Below, one piece after another: positions 57,184-64,000 of a stretch of 64,000 nucleotides of DNA. The notes beneath the pieces are model-generated. The model did no database searches and had not been told where the DNA came from. It saw only the letters and a program-made list of their open reading frames with translations. The position numbers and the translations under genes are program-made. Position 1 is the stretch's first letter, and each line of letters starts with the position of its first letter. Origin of the DNA: Eledone cirrhosa (Eukaryota); the NCBI GenBank assembly GCA_964016885.1, contig OZ024759.1, positions 25,420,001-25,484,000 on the forward strand, read 5' to 3'.

Positions 57184-57353
57184 GGTCGGTTGAAACGTTA
57201 TAGGCTGACCATAAAAGGTTTATGCTAGAGCTGTGAAATCTTGCAGGCTCTTGCATTGTTTGTTTCCAGAGACTATGTTGAAAACTAAACTTCATTTGAT
57301 CATTCCATGAGAGTATCTTAGTCAGACTATGAACTATTCAGCCGACTCTTGTA
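57178..57353. mobile_element. Mariner-type MITE
   Basis: TATGAGGGTCGGTTGAAACGTTATAGGCTGAC ... GTCAGACTATGAACTATTCAGCCGACTCTTGTA; orphan TIRs at ~49511 and ~56965. Confidence 0.8.
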
Positions 57354-57802
57354 TGTCCCTGTCAGCATTACGATTTAGTAAATAAAAATGGTCGCCATCT
57401 TTCTTCTCTCTCCTCCCAACATCTCTTTTACTTAGATCTAACATTGCGTTTGCTGCTTAATTAACATAATTAGTCGATCACCCGAAAAGCCTGCCATATA
57501 ATTTAATTAGAGTTTCTTTAAAAGGGAGTTGGAGGAAAAGATAATATATAATAAAAAAAAAAGGAACAAGAAGAAAAACACTTTAAGGTGTTTTCTTCTT
57601 TGTGTGTATTTAAAAAATAATTTTTATAGTTTTTCTTTCTATTTTCTCTCTTTGTTGCTTTACGTGTATATATATATGTGTGTGTGTTTGTGTGTGTGTG
57701 TATAATATATATATACTTGCACACTGCCATACACACCCATCTATATATCTATATACGTAACATGATATATGTATGTCCTGTGTTTTGTTCGTTCATTTCT
57801 AC

Positions 57803-57866
<64 letters not shown>

Positions 57867-58008
57867 TGAGTGTGTGTGTGAGTGTATGTGTGTGTGTGTG
57901 TGTGTGTGAGTGTAATATATATATATAATATATACATATATACATGCTTGTATCTATGAACACAAACACACACACATATATATATGTATATATATGTATG
58001 TATATATG

Positions 58009-58049
<41 letters not shown>

Positions 58050-58706
58050 TGTATATTTATTTTACTCCCCTAAAATTTTTCCTCTTTCTTACCTTAGATC
58101 TGCCTATAAAACCCTCTTTTCTCCTTCCACGCTTCACTGCAAATAACAACATTACCGAAACTCAATGAACCATGGATGTTCGCCATCTTAAATGAGATAA
58201 TAATTCATTCAAGTCGGACAAAAAACAGTTTCCCCTCCCCTATTTTTTCTTCTTTTTTCTTTTTCTTTTCCTCTTTTTCTTCTTTTTTCTTTTCTACTTT
58301 TTTTTCGTTTTTTTTTCTTTTTCTTTCTTTTCTTTTCTTTTTTTTTGTTAATTTTGTTTGTTTGTTTTGCGGTTTATTTGATGTTTCTTGTGCCACCTCC
58401 ACCTCCAACTCCAACTCACCCACACCTCCGCCTCAATCCTTTACCTCTCATACATCGAAGATGGACGATCTCAGTTTGACCTGACCTGACTTGACCTGGC
58501 ATTACATGACCTCCTCCCCCACCCAACCACCATGACACCCCACCCCACCACACTTCAAAGACCCTGGATATGTTTATGTTTATTTTATTTTATCTTATTC
58601 TATGTTGTTTTGTTGTTTGTATTGTTGATTAGTTCAAGATTGAATTGAAATATCGGAAACTATTAGATATAATGATGGAATAATGGAGAGAGAAGGAGAG
58701 AGAGAG

Positions 58707-58747
<41 letters not shown>

Positions 58748-59119
58748 TGGGGGACAGTAAGATAGAGGGTAGAGAGAAATAGAGTAGAGAGAAAGAGGGT
58801 AGAGACGGGGTCGAGAGAAAGTGGGGGAGAAAGGGAGGGGAGAAAGAGGGGGAGAAAAAATAGTAGAATGAGAGAAATATAAAGGAGAGGGAAAGAGGAG
58901 AAAGAAAGTTTGAGTTGGACGGAGAGAAAGAGAGAGATAGAGGAGGGAGATAGAGGGGGGAGTGGAGAGGAGCAAGGGAGGAAGAGGTAGAATGAGGGAA
59001 AGGTAGAGAAGAGAGATGTTGGTGATGGTTGTGGTGGTATGTGTTGTGTGGTTAAAGTATAAGTTGAGTGGTTGTTGGTGGTGGTGGCTGGTGTTGTTGG
59101 AGGTGGTGGTAGTATGGTG

Positions 59120-59760
59120 GTGGTGGCTGTAGTGGTAGTAGAAATACAACCACATATATAAAATACTGTGCAGTCTGTTCTGATTGGTGGCGCTGTTAGT
59201 GTTATGATGGTGGCGGTGGTGTTGGTGTTAGTATGGTGGTGACGACAACATGGTGGTTTTGGTGGTGGCTGTAGTGGTAGTAGAAATACAACCACATATA
59301 TAAAATACTGTGCAATCTGTTCTGATTGGTGGCGTTGTTAGTGTTATGATGGTGGCGGTGGTGTTGGTGTTGGTATGGTGGTGACGACAACATGGTGGTT
59401 TTGGTGGTGGATGTAGTGGTAGTAGAAATACAACCACATATATAAAATACTGTGCAATCTGTTCTGATTGGTGGCGTTGTTAGTGTTAAGATGGTGGCGG
59501 TGGTGTTGGTGTTGGTATGGTGGTGACGACAACATGGTGGTTTTGGTGGTGGATGTAGTGGTAGTAGAAATACAACCACATATCTACAAAGTGTGCAATC
59601 TGCTCTGATTGGTGGTGGTGTTGATGTTATGGTGGTGATGGTGGTAGTATGGTAGTCTGGTTGTGACGACGACATGGTGGTGGTGGTGTTGGTTGAGTCT
59701 GTAGTGGTAGTAGAAATACAACCAGATATCTAAAAGAGTGTGCAATCTATTCTGATTGGT
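59120..59760. repeat. 142-bp tandem repeat, ~4.5 copies
   Basis: GAAATACAACC anchor at 59141, 59283, 59425, 59567 and 59713. Confidence 0.95.
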
Positions 59761-59983
59761 CCAACTGTCATCTCTATAATGTTAACATCTCTGAAACTAT
59801 GTTCCGATGATTTATGGCATATTACAACAACAACAACACTATGTCCATAACCTGACTGACAGACGGGTGGGGAGGTGGGTGGGAGAGTAGTAGTAGTAGT
59901 AATAGTGGTGGTTGTAGTTGTAGTTATAGAAATATTACTATTCTACTACCATTGCTGCTGCTGCTGCTACTACCACAACTATA

Positions 59984-60046
<63 letters not shown>

Positions 60047-60068
60047 TGAAATGAATGTATATAATATA

Positions 60069-60111
<43 letters not shown>

Positions 60112-60134
60112 ATCAATATTATGTATATAATATA

Positions 60135-60185
<51 letters not shown>

Positions 60186-60349
60186 ATCATATTATGTATA
60201 CTCCAGTCCTACAAACTGTAGAGTGCTTCTTATCCGATATCTGCATTGCTTTATTGTACTACAATAAAACTCACCTCCTACATATATATATATATGTATA
60301 TGTATGAATACATGAATGTATATAATGTATATAATGTGTATATAAATAT

Positions 60350-60398
<49 letters not shown>

Positions 60399-60924
60399 AA
60401 GAGAGGGAGAGAAAGTGAAGAAGAAGAAGAGAGAGAGAGAGAGAGATAGGTTAAAGAAAGATTTGATGGAATGGTATATAACTATGAGAGTTACGACAGT
60501 TTAGTTGAAAGAACCTATCATAATCTGACAAATATTAACAGGTGAAGAATATATATGTATAGAGGAAGTGGAGTGGTGGTGGTGGTGGTGGGGTGGTTGG
60601 AAGGGAGAGAATGAAAGAGAATGATAGAGAGGAAAGTATGCAGCGCACATAACCGCACACACACAGAGACACATACACATATATATATATATGTATAAAT
60701 GTATATGTATATATATATTTATGTATATGTATATATATACATATATGTGTATAGATATATATATGTATATATATACATATATGTGTATAGATATATATAT
60801 GCATAAATATATATATGTATATATATATAAATATACATATATATGTATATATATATATAAATATATAACCAAAGTTTATATGGTTCGTTGATTATTCAAC
60901 GAATACAATTTTACAATAGATTAG

Positions 60925-61363
60925 AAGCACTCGACAGTTATTTTTCTGGAGTATTTAATATTATTCAAAATATTAATAAATGAAAAATATTCTCATAACC
61001 AAAATATATATTTTATTATACATATTTCAAAGGTACAATGGTATTTCTGTACGTTTTCATCAGATAAAATATCTGAGAGATTGGATATGCGACATACCGC
61101 TAAGGTTTTGATAATTCAATTCCTACCACTACAGGAATTGAATAATCAAAACCTTAGCAGTATGTCGCATATTCAATCTCTCATATATTTTATCTGATGA
61201 AAGCGCACCATAATTTGCCTTGGTTACCCTTGAAATATGTATAATAAAATAAATATGGTTTTAAAAATATAGTTTCCATTTATTAATATATTGTATATTT
61301 ACTCCACTAATCTGTTGAGTGCTTTATATCAGTTATAAAAAATGTTAAATTAAATATAACCTC

Positions 61364-61370
<7 letters not shown>
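60925..61370. mobile_element. Fold-back Penelope-terminus element (~200-bp arms, 8-nt loop) with an HHR on each strand
   Basis: Centre CAATTCCT-ACCACTAC-AGGAATTG (61117-61140); HHRs at ~61010-61073 (-) and 61186-61251 (+); right arm resembles 30430-30670. Confidence 0.88.
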
Positions 61371-61434
<64 letters not shown>

Positions 61435-61435
<1 letters not shown>

Positions 61436-61684
61436 CACAGTATGATATTTAAAGATTATCTGTTTCTCTAATTCGACAGAATAAATATTGTAATTGTTAC
61501 ATTAGATAAATTTAAGTTTTGTCAAATATTACCCGTTTCGATTGGTATATTTATATATTTGAAAAGATTGACATAACCCACTGTTTATATTTGACAAAAT
61601 TTAAATCCATCTGCGAGATCAATTATGCAAATATTCTTTCTATCGGATTAAGTAAAAAAATAATCTTTAAATATATCACTGTGC
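61435..61684. repeat. Imperfect inverted repeat, ~95-bp arms, with a third arm copy at ~61690-61770
   Basis: GCACAGT..ATATTTAAAGATTAT...TTTTGTCAAATAT mirrored by ATATTTGACAAAA...ATAATCTTTAAATAT..ACTGTGC. Confidence 0.7.
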
Positions 61685-61971
61685 AGGTGTACATTTAAAG
61701 ATTAGTTTTTTTTTTAAACCGATAGAATCAATAGTTTTATAATTGTTGCAGTAGATGAATTTTTCCACTTTTACTCTTTACCTATCATCTTCTATTTTGA
61801 AGGAACTTCAACACCTTTTTCAGCTATATATATATATATATAAATAGCCGTCGAAACGGCTTGAGCTCTGCCGTCAGGGTTACACATTTTCCTATTACCC
61901 ACTCTTCTACTCTAAGTATTGAGTATTCTGTTGCGTTATGGTCCATCTGGTTCCTTACCACACTTCCTTCG

Positions 61972-62030
<59 letters not shown>

Positions 62031-62188
62031 CATACACACACATACACAAATATATATATATATATAAATACATACACACACATACACAAATATATATATA
62101 TATTTTATGTGTGTAAATGAAGTATTTCCGTCAGAAAGGTACAGGAAAAAAGAGTGCTCTATGTAGGCTACAGAGCTTATTAGTTATG

Positions 62189-62334
62189 TAATAAACAACA
62201 TAAGATAATTATTTAATTTACCAGTGGTTTCTTGAAGACAGATGTTGTGTCTGTCTTCAGTCGTCAGACACATCTGTCTTCAAGAAACCACTGGTAAATG
62301 AAATAATTATCTTGTTATCTTATGTTGTTTATTA
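62189..62334. mobile_element. Fold-back element with an HHR core on the minus strand (same family as 6739-6885)
   Basis: Minus strand: CTGACGA-C-TGAAGACAGA-CACAACA-TCTGTCTTCA-A-GAAA-CCACTGG-TA; arms 62189-62245 and 62270-62334. Confidence 0.82.
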
Positions 62335-62366
62335 TATATATATATGTGTGTGTGTGTGGTGTGTGT

Positions 62367-62526
<160 letters not shown>

Positions 62527-63635
62527 TAGAACAGGTTTTCTTTCGAACATGTTATATTGAAAATACGACAATGTTCCTATTTGACCAATTTTTATTGAGG
62601 CATTTTGTATTTCTTCATAAGTTCTTAATATTGAATTTCGATGAACAGAGAAAAGAAAAAAAAGAAAAGAAATATATAAAGACAAACAACCCGAAAGATA
62701 GGTGAACAAAAAAGAATTAAATAAGTACGGTTAGATCCTTAACGAAATCTTAAAATATATTATCTGTGATGGTGTTACACTCCTGCCAGATCAACAGTGA
62801 TGACCCCTATGATAAGGATCTTTAGAACCAAATGACCCAGACATCCAACTGACAATTGTCTCCAAGACTTGCCAAGGCTCCAGTTTCTTCCTGCAACGCA
62901 AACTTTCTTTCCCTTCATTCAATAAACATGCATACATCACCGTCATATATAGGAAGAAAAAAAAAACCTCCCCAAACAGTACTAATAAAAAATAAAATAA
63001 AATAAAAAATAACCTATCTCACTCCCCGGTTCGTATTTGCATGACCTTTTCTATAACTGTCTTATCTCTGTTTCGAAATGTCTTCATTGACAAGATTATT
63101 TTTTACTGAACTAGACGACATTCTTACTACAGCAGACGATATAGGTAGCCAACTACAGCAGACGATATAGCCAGGCTACAGCAGACGATATAGCCAACTA
63201 TTATCCTGGCCAGTCATGTCACTGACTATGTACATTAACTAAATGCTATTGCTATAAACACCTAACTCATTTCAGGTCGATCGGTTTTTCCTTGGCGTCT
63301 TTTATTCTTGTACTAGCTCTGACTTCTTTCTTTGGGCTGGCGACCATGCTGGGGCACTGCTATTAAAGTTCTTCTTTTGTTTGTTTTTTTTGTCGATCCT
63401 ATCTCTTGATAGCAGGCGGTGAATTGGCAGTGGTTAGAACGTCGGAGAAAATGTTTTGTAGTATTCGTTTCGGCTCTCTCCTCTCTGTGTTCAAATCCCG
63501 CCGAGGTCAACTTGCCTTTTATCCATTCGAGGTCGATAAAAAAACAGTATCAGTCTAGTACTGGGTCGATTCTTCCTCTATATCCCTTTCTCACTTCCAT
63601 TCTTAACCCTCTCTATCCTTCGCTGAAAGAAGTGG

Positions 63636-63786
63636 TAGCAATATTAGTGGTGTTAACATGGTGGTAATGGTAGTAGTATTACTGGTGTTAACATGATGGT
63701 AATGGTAGTAGTATTACTGGTGTTAACATGATGGTAGTGGTAGTAGTATTAGTGGTGTTAACGTGGTGGTAATGGTAGTAGTAGTG
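63636..63786. repeat. 35-bp tandem repeat, ~4 copies
   Basis: GTAGTAGTATTACTGGTGTTAACATGATGGTAATG. Confidence 0.9.
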
Positions 63787-64000
63787 GTAAGATGGGTGGC
63801 AGAAGCGACTCTAGTTGTGCCTTAACCAACAGAAATGTCTGTGGCAGCTGACACGCGGTACATACAATATGTTGCAGTCCTCCACTACCACCATCACCAC
63901 TACCATCAGCACCACCACTACCACCACCACCGCCTTACCTCTAGTCTCATCTCAACCCCCCCCCCCCCCCCAAATCACCACCACCTCGCCTCGAGTCCCC

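Overview
Eukaryotic, AT-rich, microsatellite-saturated genomic DNA with no recognisable host protein-coding gene, rRNA, true tRNA or CRISPR array; probably intronic or intergenic. The repeat content (tRNA-headed SINE with the GGTACTTTATTTTATCGACCCCGTAAGGATGAAAGGCAAAG core, vast (TA)n/(CA)n/(GA)n tracts) points to an octopod cephalopod. This is an inference from remembered repeat families, not a database result. Nearly all ORFs in the track are microsatellite artefacts. The real coding remnants are all from transposons: RTE-type LINE 3' ends, an R4/Dong endonuclease fragment, a probable L1/Tx1 fragment, mariner transposase pieces, and a stop-free Penelope-like GIY-YIG endonuclease frame (28868-29230, minus) that the ORF track missed. 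That frame lies in the loop of a near-perfect 1.35-kb inverted repeat (27229-30581). The strongest signal is a window-wide population of about 15 hammerhead-ribozyme (HHR) motifs from several families. Many sit in fold-back elements whose two 3' ends point outward into (TA)n tracts; some show compensatory stem II changes and one has an atypical core. All structures were read by eye and coordinates of degenerate elements are approximate.
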